The notes: generated by a model not told the origin, from the sequence alone. 64,000 nt of DNA from Myxococcales bacterium (GCA_047601445.1 JASGJH010000001.1:3552001-3616000), one strand, 5' to 3'; numbered from the stretch's first letter, positions 9,463 through 18,789 are shown. Made by a program: numbers and translations.

Positions 9463-10323
9463 ATGGTTTCCGAGCTGCCCGCGTTGTTCGGCTACGACCC
9501 TGACCTGCTGGAGCGCCTCGCGCCGCGCCGCAGGCGGGCCATCGGTCTCTTGGTCGAAGCCTGGATCCTCTCGAGCGCCGCGCTCGCGTGCTCGGTGGGC
9601 TACGCACTCTGGCTGGTGGAGCACTCGGCCGGGCTGTCGCTGCTCGCCACGTTCGCCATGGCCATGGTGGTGATCAACCTGCTACGGCTGGTGGTGGCGG
9701 GCAGCGGCGCCGCGCCGCATCTGGGCATCGAACACGTGAAGGACTATCGCCCGGCGCTCGGGCCGACCTTCGTGCTCAGCATGCTGGCCGCCTTGTTGGC
9801 GCAACCGGGCCAGCTGCCGCTCTGGCAGAGCGAGCTCGCGGCACCCCTGGCGGAGCACCGCGCGGAACTCTTGAATCAACAGGCAGAACTCGCGCATTCG
9901 TTGGGCCAGGCGCCGACGCCGGCGTTTCGTGCGGAGCTCGAGAGCTCCGACTTTTTGGCCTGGCGCGTACGGGAAATCTGGAAAGACCCGCAGCGCGCCT
10001 TTCTGCTCTCGGTGCTGTATTGGTTCCTGGTGCTGTCACCCACGTTGGCCGGGCGCTTCGTGGCCCTCGGTGCACTGCGTGAGTACGAGCTGGTGCGCTG
10101 GCACGCAGTGCGCGGAGAGATCGAAGCTGCAGGGCGCGCGGCCGCGCGCGACATTGCCCGGGAGCTCTCGCCCTACCCGACCTACGAGCATCGGCCGCAT
10201 CCGACGCTGACCTCACCGCTTTCGCCCAACGTGCCCTTCCTGGCACGCCCAACGCGTCAGCGCTCGACGAGTCGGTGGAGCGCGTTCGCACGCAGACTGC
10301 GTCTGCCCTGGAGGAGCCGATGA
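9463..10323 (+). CDS. Hypothetical multi-pass membrane protein (topology resembles the upstream DUF4407-like protein)
   Basis: ATG 8 bp after the upstream stop; three N-terminal hydrophobic helices, a short helical spacer and a fourth helix; stop overlaps the next start (ATGA). Confidence 0.7.
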   Translation: MVSELPALFGYDPDLLERLAPRRRRAIGLLVEAWILSSAALACSVGYALWLVEHSAGLSLLATFAMAMVVINLLRLVVAGSGAAPHLGIEHVKDYRPALGPTFVLSMLAALLAQPGQLPLWQSELAAPLAEHRAELLNQQAELAHSLGQAPTPAFRAELESSDFLAWRVREIWKDPQRAFLLSVLYWFLVLSPTLAGRFVALGALREYELVRWHAVRGEIEAAGRAAARDIARELSPYPTYEHRPHPTLTSPLSPNVPFLARPTRQRSTSRWSAFARRLRLPWRSR

Positions 10324-11459
10324 GGCAGTGGTTCCGCGGCCAACTCGAGGGGCACTATGAAGGCCTGCCCAGCGTGCATCCCGGTCCGTCCAAGGACATG
10401 CGCGGGCGCCCTCACCAGCTGCGCATCTACCGCGCCCACGTGCGCGGGCTCGAGCTCATCGAACCGCCCGATCCCGCGCGCGCCGATCCCGAGCAAAAAA
10501 CGCTCTATCAGGCCCGCGTGGAGCATGCGCGCCTCGAGACGCAGCACACGCGTGGGCTGTGCCTCGAGGGCCCCATCTTCGAGCTCTCGCTCGATGCTCC
10601 GCGGCTCACCCACCCAGCCCGCTTCGAAGGTCGCCTTTTCGGGCGCGTGGAGGGCACCGCGGTGGGTTGCTTCGAAGTGCCCCAGGAGCCGCAAGCCCAG
10701 GAGCTGGTGGCCCGTGCGGCGCCCGCGGTGCCCAGCGAATCCCCCGAGAGCACCGCCGCCGCGACGCCCCTGACGCGTAGTAGCGAAGCCCCCGAGAGCG
10801 AACCGTCTGCGCAGCCCGAGCCGGGCGAGTCCAGTGTGAGGTTGGTGCCGCTGGAGCTCCCCGCGCCGAGCCAAGCAGAAGTAAGCCCAGCTGCGACGAA
10901 CCCGGACGCGCCCCACGTGGTGCCCGAAGTAAAGCCGCCACCGCGGCCCAAGGCGCCGCCTTCCAACCTGCCGCTGCTCGCTTTGGTGGGTGCCCTCGCC
11001 CTGACGCTGCTGGTCACGGCGGGTGCGGGTCCGGCGCTGCTCTGGCTCTCGTTCCTGCTACCGAGTTTGTTGGTGCGGCGCTTCTTGCGCGGCGTGCTAC
11101 CTGACGCCACCGCCTTTCGCGCGATCGGCGCGCTCCTGATCGGCGCTCAAGTGTGCTGGGTCGGCTGGACCTTACTCGGCTGGAGCACGGCTCCGTGCAA
11201 GGAGCTCCATGTGTTGCCGCTGGCCGCGCTGGTGGGTGGCGTATTCCTGGCCGGCGTATTGCCGTACCTGTTGCCCATGGCCATCAACGCGTTCGGCTTC
11301 GCGCTGGTACTCGGCATGTGGAGCGTCGGCCCGGGTCAGGTGTGCGGAGCAGACGGAAACCAAGAGCCGACCCGACAGGTAACGCCGAGCGTGAAGCACC
11401 CGGGGGAGCCAAGGACGAATGAGGATGGGAGCTGGCCGAGAGAGCCCGTGAGGGAGTAG
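10320..11459 (+). CDS. Hypothetical protein: soluble N-terminal beta-rich domain, Pro/Glu/Ser linker, C-terminal TM bundle
   Basis: GGAGGAG RBS and ATGA coupling; N-terminus MRQWFRGQLEGHYEG; 4-5 hydrophobic segments in the C-terminal half. Confidence 0.7.
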   Translation: MRQWFRGQLEGHYEGLPSVHPGPSKDMRGRPHQLRIYRAHVRGLELIEPPDPARADPEQKTLYQARVEHARLETQHTRGLCLEGPIFELSLDAPRLTHPARFEGRLFGRVEGTAVGCFEVPQEPQAQELVARAAPAVPSESPESTAAATPLTRSSEAPESEPSAQPEPGESSVRLVPLELPAPSQAEVSPAATNPDAPHVVPEVKPPPRPKAPPSNLPLLALVGALALTLLVTAGAGPALLWLSFLLPSLLVRRFLRGVLPDATAFRAIGALLIGAQVCWVGWTLLGWSTAPCKELHVLPLAALVGGVFLAGVLPYLLPMAINAFGFALVLGMWSVGPGQVCGADGNQEPTRQVTPSVKHPGEPRTNEDGSWPREPVRE

Positions 11460-11464
11460 AGCGG

Positions 11465-12175
11465 CCAAAAAGGGCCCAGGGCCAAAGGGCCATCTGCCAT
11501 CTGCCATCTGCCATCTGCCATCCGCCATCCGCCATCCGCCATCCGCCATCGGCCAACAGCCATCGGCCATCCGCCATCCGCAATCCGCCATCCGCAATCC
11601 GCAATCCGCAATCCGCAATCCGCAATCCGCAATCCGCAATCCGCAATCCGCAATCCGCAATCCGCCATCCGCAATCCGCAATCCGCCATCCGCCATCCGC
11701 AATCCGCAATCCGCAATCCGCAATCCGCGAGCGGCTACCAGGCCAACTGCCCATCCGCCCTCTGCGAGCGGGCGGCGGCCCAACTGCCAGCGACTAGCAG
11801 TGCTCCACCGCCAGCAGTCATCTGGTAGCGGCGGGCGGCCAGTTGCTCGCTGCTGACGGCCGATGGAGAGTACGCCACTGACGGCGCATTGCTGGTGGCC
11901 GATCGCCGACGGTTGATGGCCGAGGCAGATGGCAGATGGCTGATAGCCCGTTGGCCGCCGGCTGTTTGGCCGACGGCTGATGGCCGATGGGCTGATGGCT
12001 GATGGCTGATAGCCGTTGGCCGATGGCCGATGGCCGATGGCCGATAGCTGATGGCCGATGGCCGATGGCCGATAGCTGATGGCCGATGGCCGATGGCTGT
12101 TGGCCGATGGCTGTTGGCCGATGGCCGATGGCCGATGGCCGATGGGCTGATGGCTGATGACAGAGATGGCAGACG
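11465..12175. repeat. Head-to-head heptamer tandem arrays (CCATCYG/CAATCCG left arm; GATGGCY right arm)
   Basis: 34 in-phase 7-mers at 11490-11727, including 10 consecutive CAATCCG at 11595-11664. Degenerate centre, then reverse-complement-type heptamers to about 12170. 11545-11571 is the exact reverse complement of 12085-12111. Confidence 0.95.
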
Positions 12176-12191
12176 GGCCGCTCGCGGCCCC

Positions 12192-13087
12192 TTAAACCCG
12201 AACCCGCTCAGAGCTCATCTGCCACAAGCGCGTCGCAGCCTCGACATCGCGTCCGCCCTGGCTGGCTTTGCCTTCGTGACAATCCACGTAGTATCGCCCG
12301 CCCACGCGCTCGAGCTCGGGGGCCGTGGCGCAGTAGACCGTGGTGGCCGCTCCTTGCGGGATGCTCTTGGTGAAGGGCTTGATGGCCGTGGCCAGGGTCT
12401 GCGCGGCCAGGGAACTGCGAAAGATGGAGGTCCCGATGAAAGCCCCCGGATGCAGTGCGTTCGAGAAGATGCCCCGGCTCTGGTAGCGACGTGTGAGCTC
12501 ATTGGCGAACAGGACGTTGCACAGCTTGGCTTGTCCGTAGGACACCATGGAACCGTAGCCCGATTGGCTGAGGGGAAAGCGCTCGAACTCGAGCTTGCGC
12601 GGGAAGCGGTGGGACTCGGACGACACCATCACCACGCGCGAGGTGCCCGCGGCCGCCAGGCGATCGAGCAGCAGGTTCACCAGCAAGAAATGTCCGAAGT
12701 GGCACACGCCCACCGTGCTCTCGATGCCGTCCTGGGTGGTTTGATAGCGGGTCGCATACAGGCCGGCGTTGCAGAATCACCACGTCGAGCTTGGCGGGCA
12801 GCTCCTCGGCGCAGCGTCGCACGCTAGCAAGCGACGCGAGATTCGAGCGGGGTCAACTGAACCTTGGCCTCCGGATGCTTCGCGAGGATGTTCTGTTGGG
12901 TGGCCTTGCCGGCTTCGAGGTTCCGACATGCCAGTAAGGTGTGCGCCCCGGCTGCGGCCAGCGAGCGCGCTGCCTCATAGCCAATGCCGGAGTTCGCCCC
13001 TGTGATGAGGATGGTCTTGCCGACGAGGTTCACTCCCGAGAGGACCTCGTCGCAAGTCGTGCGCGCGCCGAACTTCGCTGTGGCCAT
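12192..13087 (-). CDS. Short-chain dehydrogenase/reductase, WWOX/retinol-dehydrogenase-like (two frameshifts)
   Basis: TGANSGIG, HFGHFLL, YGQAK and LHPG motifs. Single-base removals at 12840-12844 and 12774-12778 restore PLDLASLASV and LDVVICNAG. Confidence 0.9.
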
Positions 13088-13103
13088 GACTTGGGTCGCG
13101 TTC

Positions 13104-13544
13104 CTAGCGGTCGCTGCGCCGCAACATGCGACGCCCTTCCGCCTCGTACCAGCGGGAGTGCATACGCTCGAAGGGGATGGTTTTCTCCACGATGGCCCTC
13201 AATTCGGGGTCGCGAATCTTCTGGGCCAGGTCGGTGAGGTGGCGGGTCGCGGCAGCCTCGGTGAGGGCGAAAGTACGCAGCTTGAGCTCCAGGGGCTGCG
13301 GCGCCAGGGCCAGATTGAGCGAGGGGATGACCAGAAAGTCGTAGGCGGGTCCATACGGTACCTCCTCACCCCGAGCCTCCAGCCATTCCGCATACCAGCG
13401 CGCATGCTCGTGTTCATGGCGCGCGAAATTTTCGAATGCTCCCGCAACGTCCTGGTTGTCGACGTTCAAGGAAAAGCGGTCGTAGAAGGCGCCCCCGACA
13501 TGTTCGGCGACGAAAAAAGTCTTGGCGAGCTGTACCGCGTTCAT
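13104..13544 (-). CDS. Ferritin-like di-iron four-helix-bundle protein (Coq7-like ligand pattern)
   Basis: Pattern E (AEHVGGAFY), ExxH (HEHEH), E (LTEAAATRHL), ExxH (FERMH); 16 bp upstream of the SDR start on the same strand. Confidence 0.7.
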   Translation of the reverse strand: MNAVQLAKTFFVAEHVGGAFYDRFSLNVDNQDVAGAFENFARHEHEHARWYAEWLEARGEEVPYGPAYDFLVIPSLNLALAPQPLELKLRTFALTEAAATRHLTDLAQKIRDPELRAIVEKTIPFERMHSRWYEAEGRRMLRRSDR

Positions 13545-13689
13545 GGCGCCACCGTAGCGAAGCCGCATCGCGGAGTCACGCCCACTCAACCTCGAGACTT
13601 CCCATCCCTGATAGCCTGCGTGCTAGCCTGCCCGCTCTTGGCCACGCCTGCGGACACCCCCGCACGCTTGGGCCAACCGGAGGCTGCCC

Positions 13690-14472
13690 ATGGCTACGCT
13701 GTTGTCGCGCATTACCGAGCTCGGCGGGAAGCGCGTGCCCATCCTGCGCTGGTCTTTTGTCCGCATGATGCTCGGGATGAAGACCCTCACCAAAGAGTGG
13801 CAAGTCGGAGACGGTCGCGAGAAAGACGTGCTGCGTCACGTGCTCGACAACGCCAAGGCCGGCGACGTGAACTCGGTCATCGCCGCCATCGACAACTTCG
13901 CCTACCACCACAAGTTCCTGATCAACGTGGGCGACGAGAAGGGCGCCATCCTGGACAAGGTCATCGAGCGCGAGAAGCCCAAGCGCGCGCTCGAGCTCGG
14001 CGCTTACGTGGGCTACAGCGCCCTGCGCATCGCCAAGAAGCTCCCGGCGGGCGGCCATCTCTACTCCATCGAGTTCAACGCCGAGAACGCAGCCATCGCG
14101 CGACGCATCGTGGAGCACGCGGGCATGACTGACCGGGTGACCTTCGTGGTGGGCTACCTCGGCGACGAGGGCAAGACACTGGCGACACTGCGCGAGAAGC
14201 ACGGCTTCGACGCGGGCTCCCTCGACGTGGTGTTCGTGGATCATGACAAGGAGGCCTATCTGCCGGACCTGATGCGCCTCCTGGGCACCGGCTGGCTGCA
14301 CAAGGGCAGCGTGATCGTGGCCGACAACGTGGGCTTCCCGGGCGCGCCGGCCTATCGAGCCTACATGCAGGCCGAAGAGGGCAAGCGCTTCATGACCACG
14401 AGCCACGAGACGCACCTGGAATACCAGTCCATGATCCGCGACGTGGTGCTCGAGTCTACGTTGCTCGGTTGA
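13690..14472 (+). CDS. Catechol O-methyltransferase-like SAM-dependent methyltransferase
   Basis: INVGDEKG, LELGAYVGYSA, VFVDHDKEAYLPDL and ADNV..PGAP.Y, the eukaryotic/mycobacterial COMT signature. Confidence 0.92.
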   Translation: MATLLSRITELGGKRVPILRWSFVRMMLGMKTLTKEWQVGDGREKDVLRHVLDNAKAGDVNSVIAAIDNFAYHHKFLINVGDEKGAILDKVIEREKPKRALELGAYVGYSALRIAKKLPAGGHLYSIEFNAENAAIARRIVEHAGMTDRVTFVVGYLGDEGKTLATLREKHGFDAGSLDVVFVDHDKEAYLPDLMRLLGTGWLHKGSVIVADNVGFPGAPAYRAYMQAEEGKRFMTTSHETHLEYQSMIRDVVLESTLLG

Positions 14473-16045
14473 GCGAGGAAGCCGCGGCGCGGGCACCACG
14501 ACGTTGGCCGCGCCGCACGCAGGCAACTCCCAGCATCAGCGCGAGCCAGACGAGGCCACCGCGAGCCCGTGAAGGAGCCGAGAGCGAACAACCGCCGTCG
14601 GCATCCTTCAGCCGTGGCGTCACACCTGCGTCGCTTTCACCGCCTGTTGCCCCGCCGTCGTCGGAGGGCGCTGGCGTGCTCGCGTCGGGCCAGCTGGCGG
14701 GGTCGGCATCACCGACGAACTCATAGGCTCCCACTGCCGGCGGGCTGGACCGAAGGAGACCGTCCAAGTCCCGCACGAAGCCCTGCGCCGACAGACCTAT
14801 CCCCGCATGGCGGGCCGGCGATGCCTCACTCAAGTGAAAGTCGTCCGCACCCACGAATGCCGCTGCGCCGAGATCCGCCACGAACACGTTGTTCGTCAGG
14901 CTCTCACTCGTGACCTCGTTGCTGACCCCGAGCGCCGTGCTCGGCCCCACCACGAAGTTGTTCGAGACCGCGCTGGTAATTCCCTTGCCGAACACGCGCA
15001 GCGCCGAGCCCTTGTAACCGAGCAACGTGTTGAAGTGCACAGCGTAGCGAGCAGGCGCTTGTCCGCTGACGTTCATGTAGACGGTGTCTTCGCCGAAGTT
15101 GGCCACCAGGTTGTCGCCCACCGTGGTGTCTCCTGCGCCCAACACGAAGATGCCCATGGCGGGTCCGTCGCGGAGATCGTTGGCTCGCACGTCGCACGCC
15201 GAGAACGTGCCGATCTGCAGGCCCTGCTGCTGGTACATCTCGCCTGCCGTGCCCACGTGCCGAATCACGTTGTGGTGCACGCGACAGCCCTGGTGGGCCA
15301 TGCCCACCTGCATGCCGTCCCACTCGGTGTTCTCTACCAAGTTGTGGTCGAGCTCGATGCCCTCGAGGAAGTGCGGCTGCCGCTTCACCGCCGAGCCGTT
15401 GCACTGGATGGTCTGCCCCGCAGACTGCGTACTGCCCACGTAGAAACCCTCGCCGCCCGTGTCGTGGACCCACAGGTGATGCAGGTGCACGTTGCGTTGC
15501 ACGAAGGTGCCTTGATCCGCGCTGCCGTCACAGAGCGGATCGGTCTTGGCCATTACCCCTGCGAAGCCCGTGTCGTGGACCTCGATGTGGTCGGCCTCGT
15601 AGTTGGTGCTCTTGTCGAGGAACCACAGTCCCATGCCGGGATAGTCGGGGCCCCGGCGCGACGCGCTGACGCGAATGCCATACTCGATACCCGCGGTGCC
15701 GCTCCCCGTGAACCGGAAAAACTGTGAGCTGCCCTGGAAGTCCACGCCGTAGCCGCGATCCGTATTGTGCACGTCGACCACGCCGCCGCAGTTGAGGATG
15801 GTGATGGGAGCCCCCTCTGCGCCGCGGATCTCCCGAAAGCGAATGAACGCATAGTCGCCAGCCTGGAGGCAGACCGTGGCCCCCGGAGCGATCCCGAGCG
15901 TGGTCCCGTTCACCTCACCCGTACCAGGGGCGATCGTGTGATCGCAGGCACTGCAGCTCGCGGGCTCGGGGAGCACCGGCAAGGCCTGCGCAGGAGACGC
16001 CAGGGAGCCGCAAATCAGGGCGAATAGTGCAGGGAACAATCGCAT
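14456..16045 (-). CDS. Secreted right-handed parallel beta-helix protein with MYXO-CTERM
   Basis: Signal peptide MRLFPALFALICGSLASPAQA; repeated HxxxVHDTGxxG/NxVxN turns; DFHL...SPA...DLDG..R....GAYE; C-terminal GGCS-TM-RRxxRR. Confidence 0.85.
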   Translation of the reverse strand: MRLFPALFALICGSLASPAQALPVLPEPASCSACDHTIAPGTGEVNGTTLGIAPGATVCLQAGDYAFIRFREIRGAEGAPITILNCGGVVDVHNTDRGYGVDFQGSSQFFRFTGSGTAGIEYGIRVSASRRGPDYPGMGLWFLDKSTNYEADHIEVHDTGFAGVMAKTDPLCDGSADQGTFVQRNVHLHHLWVHDTGGEGFYVGSTQSAGQTIQCNGSAVKRQPHFLEGIELDHNLVENTEWDGMQVGMAHQGCRVHHNVIRHVGTAGEMYQQQGLQIGTFSACDVRANDLRDGPAMGIFVLGAGDTTVGDNLVANFGEDTVYMNVSGQAPARYAVHFNTLLGYKGSALRVFGKGITSAVSNNFVVGPSTALGVSNEVTSESLTNNVFVADLGAAAFVGADDFHLSEASPARHAGIGLSAQGFVRDLDGLLRSSPPAVGAYEFVGDADPASWPDASTPAPSDDGGATGGESDAGVTPRLKDADGGCSLSAPSRARGGLVWLALMLGVACVRRGQRRGARAAASSLNRAT

Positions 16046-16272
16046 GGAACGATGGTATCGCCCCGTCCTCGATTTCGCCCATGTGCTCCAAGGTGCGTCG
16101 ATGGACCGAGCGGTTCTACGCAAATGCGCTCTCACCTCGATTAGGGCTTCCAAACCCCGGCGGCGGCGATCATATTCGGAGGCCCAGCTGGGGAGTTCCG
16201 CTCACGCGTAGCGGTTCTTCGCAGGCGCGCCGGAGGGCGCGCGTGGACGAGCTTTGGAGAAGGAGGATCTTG

Positions 16273-16953
16273 GTGAAACGCAAGCAGTCACAGCGAAAGC
16301 GCCAGACCAAATCCGCCAATTCCCGCAGCTCCGACTCGGGCAAGCGCAGCTCGGTGGCCCCCGGGGTAAACCACGCAACCCTGCGTAGCTCCTCCATCCC
16401 GGCCGCCAGCGCAGCGGCCGTGGCCTACGAGGCCGAGCTCGATGCGGCCCTGCCACGCGAAGCTCACCTGGACTCCGGGGAGATCGAGATCGAGCCCCGC
16501 CAGCGCCTGTTCGGCCAGGTCGACTTTCACACCGAGAGCAACTTCTACAGCGGTTACTCGGGCGATCTCTCGGACGGCGGCGTGTTCGTGGTCACCTACG
16601 CCCAGCTCAAGCTCGGGCAGTCCGTGGACGTGGAGCTCTCGCTGCCCGGCGGGCTCTTCATCGCGGCCACCGGACGCGTGGCCTTCCTGCGCTCCCCCGT
16701 GGGCCATCACGGCGAGCTCTCACCCGGCGCGGGCATCGAGTTCGACGAAATCGACGCATCGTCCCGGCGCGCAGCGGAGTCCTTCATGAGTCGCCGCGAG
16801 CCCACCTTCGTGGATCCTGAATTAAGTCGGGAGGGCACGCGCCCTCCTGACCTTCACGGCAAAAGCCGCAACGGGACCCACCCTCCGCGAGGTTCGCTAC
16901 GCTCACGAGGTGCTGTCGCACCTGCGGCGTGGACCGGCTCAGGCTCCGCGTGA
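16273..16953 (+). CDS. TIGR02266 family PilZ-like protein (true stop possibly 16823-16825)
   Basis: AGGAGG before GTG at 16273; HTESNFYSG...DLSDGGVFVVT, SLPGG, PGAGIEF and REPTF. The tail as read runs through a REP-like repeat and overlaps the convergent gene. Confidence 0.85.
   Translation: MKRKQSQRKRQTKSANSRSSDSGKRSSVAPGVNHATLRSSSIPAASAAAVAYEAELDAALPREAHLDSGEIEIEPRQRLFGQVDFHTESNFYSGYSGDLSDGGVFVVTYAQLKLGQSVDVELSLPGGLFIAATGRVAFLRSPVGHHGELSPGAGIEFDEIDASSRRAAESFMSRREPTFVDPELSREGTRPPDLHGKSRNGTHPPRGSLRSRGAVAPAAWTGSGSA
16827..16908. repeat. REP-like hairpin element, diverged copy of the 62125-62274 element
   Basis: GGAGGGC-AC-GC-GCCCTCC hairpin region, CGGC-AAAA-GCCG hairpin, then ACGGGACCCACCCTCCGCGAGGTTCGC; collinear with 62125-62207. 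Confidence 0.7.
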
Positions 16954-18651
16954 GATCTTGCGTGGGGCCGCGTTCATGCGCCGATGCTGGTCGATCAGGG
17001 CGCGCAGCTCCTTGGCGGTGACGCCCAGGCGGGCCGCGGTCTGCTGGGCCAGCGACGTGTTGGCGACTCCTGGCACGAAGCGGTAGGTGGGCCGATCGTG
17101 GACGTCGAGCTCCACGCGCAGGAAATCGAGCCCCGAGGTGCTCGGATCGCGCGCCAGCGAGGCCGCGAACTCGAGGAAGTGCGTGCTGATGAAGACCTGG
17201 GGCCCGAGCTCCTTGAGCAGGGTGAGCACCATGCGGAAGATCTCCTCGCCCTCGCTGGGATTGGTCCCGGAGCAGAGCTCGTCCACCACCACGAAAGCCC
17301 CCGGCCGCACGCTCTCGAAGACCTTGCGGATGCGGAGCAGCTCGCTGCCCAGGCGTCCCTCGCGCTGGTTTTCGTCGGCATGATCGCCGATGGAGAGGAA
17401 CATGGCGCTGGCGCTGACCAGCTGCGCCTTGGAGGCCGGCACGAAGTAACCGCCCTGGGCCAGGATCTGCCCGAGGCTCAGGGCCTGCAGGAGGCGCGTC
17501 TTGCCACCCGAGTTCGGTCCCGTGAGCAGCACGATGTCGTCGCAGCGCTGTTGAGACAGACTGCAAGGCACGGCGGCCTCGCCGTGACGCACGAGCAGCG
17601 GGTTGAACAGGTCGACCCACACGCGCACGGGCGAGGCTGCGTCGGGCTGCGCCGCGACGACTTCGGGCAAGCACACCTCGAGATCGAGCTGGCGTGCGTG
17701 ATCCCGGAAGCGCAGGGCCACCAGGTAGAACTCTAGATCGGACAGGATTTGGAAGAACTTCGCGAACTCGGCGTCGACCCCCAGGAAGACCTGGTCGACG
17801 AAGCGGCTCAGGACCTCGGCATCGCTGAAGAAGTAGCCGCGCACGAGCAGCGAGAAGCGGCGCCACAAGCGTCCCAGGCGCGTGGCGTAGAACGGATTGA
17901 GCTTGGCCTCGCTGGTGCGCACGATCTCGAAGTGGCGCAGCTCGCCGTCGTAGCCGATTTGCAGGCGCGCCTCGATGCTCGCCATGTTGTCTTCGAAGGC
18001 CAGCAGCTGGGAGAGGCGCTGGAAGCCCTGGCTGGCCTGCACACGGCGCGCGAAGTCACGGAGGCGCGACAGCCCGGAGTTCGCGCCCTCGAAGCCCCGC
18101 GCCAAGATCTCGATGGCAGCGCGGCCTGACTCGAGCACGTCCAGGCGGCGACGATTCACGTCCAGGCGCTCCCCAAGGCCGGAGTCCCCCAGCAGGTCCC
18201 GGAAACGCGCGAGCGCCACGTAGGCTTGCTCGAGGCTGGCCCGGAAAGCGTCGTTCTCGCTGAGCTCGCGCAGCACGGCCTGGCGGAAATAGGTGTTCTT
18301 CAGATCCTGTGGGGGGTGGTTCAAGATCCGAAGCAGCGGAGCCACGCGCGCCTGGAAGCGCCCGCCGTTGATCTCCAAGACTGCGTGAGCATTGATGAAT
18401 GCTTCGAGGTATAGATCGCTGGCGAAAAACTCGGGGGTCCAGGTGGAGAAGGCCAGCTGGGTCTCGTCGAAACACTCGTAGAGAGGGACGTCGGAGCCGC
18501 CGGAAGCAAAGGCAAACCGCAGGGCTTCGCGCAAGAGGACCAAATCCGCGCGGGCCATCGGCTGGTGGTGCAGCAGATCGGGCATCACGGTGGGGTCGCG
18601 CAGGTCGTGAGACGCCGGGACGGGCGACGCTTGCGGCATCGAGGACTCCAT
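16939..18651 (-). CDS. MutS-related ATPase (domain V only, no mismatch-binding domain)
   Basis: TGPNSGGKT, LAQGGYFVPA, EGRLGSEL, VVDELCSGTNPSEG, ISTHF and TYRFVPG...A.RLGV. Confidence 0.9.
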   Translation of the reverse strand: MESSMPQASPVPASHDLRDPTVMPDLLHHQPMARADLVLLREALRFAFASGGSDVPLYECFDETQLAFSTWTPEFFASDLYLEAFINAHAVLEINGGRFQARVAPLLRILNHPPQDLKNTYFRQAVLRELSENDAFRASLEQAYVALARFRDLLGDSGLGERLDVNRRRLDVLESGRAAIEILARGFEGANSGLSRLRDFARRVQASQGFQRLSQLLAFEDNMASIEARLQIGYDGELRHFEIVRTSEAKLNPFYATRLGRLWRRFSLLVRGYFFSDAEVLSRFVDQVFLGVDAEFAKFFQILSDLEFYLVALRFRDHARQLDLEVCLPEVVAAQPDAASPVRVWVDLFNPLLVRHGEAAVPCSLSQQRCDDIVLLTGPNSGGKTRLLQALSLGQILAQGGYFVPASKAQLVSASAMFLSIGDHADENQREGRLGSELLRIRKVFESVRPGAFVVVDELCSGTNPSEGEEIFRMVLTLLKELGPQVFISTHFLEFAASLARDPSTSGLDFLRVELDVHDRPTYRFVPGVANTSLAQQTAARLGVTAKELRALIDQHRRMNAAPRKISRGA

Positions 18652-18789
18652 AGTTGGCTCGCGGGAACCTTCGGTTTGGTATGGACACCAACCGGGCGCA
18701 AGGGTTCCCGGGCGGGTGCACGAGCGAGCGTGGCGGGCCAGGTCGAAGCGGGCGGGTCCGCTCGCGAGCAAAAAGAGGACTCAGGAGCG

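Noticed and set aside
11172..12200. ORFs with ADCGLRI/ADGRWPM repeats (11172-11783, 11284-11754, 11336-11716, start of 12051-12827)
   Set aside because: These are translations of stop-free heptamer DNA, open in several frames at once, and they overlap real genes on the other strand.
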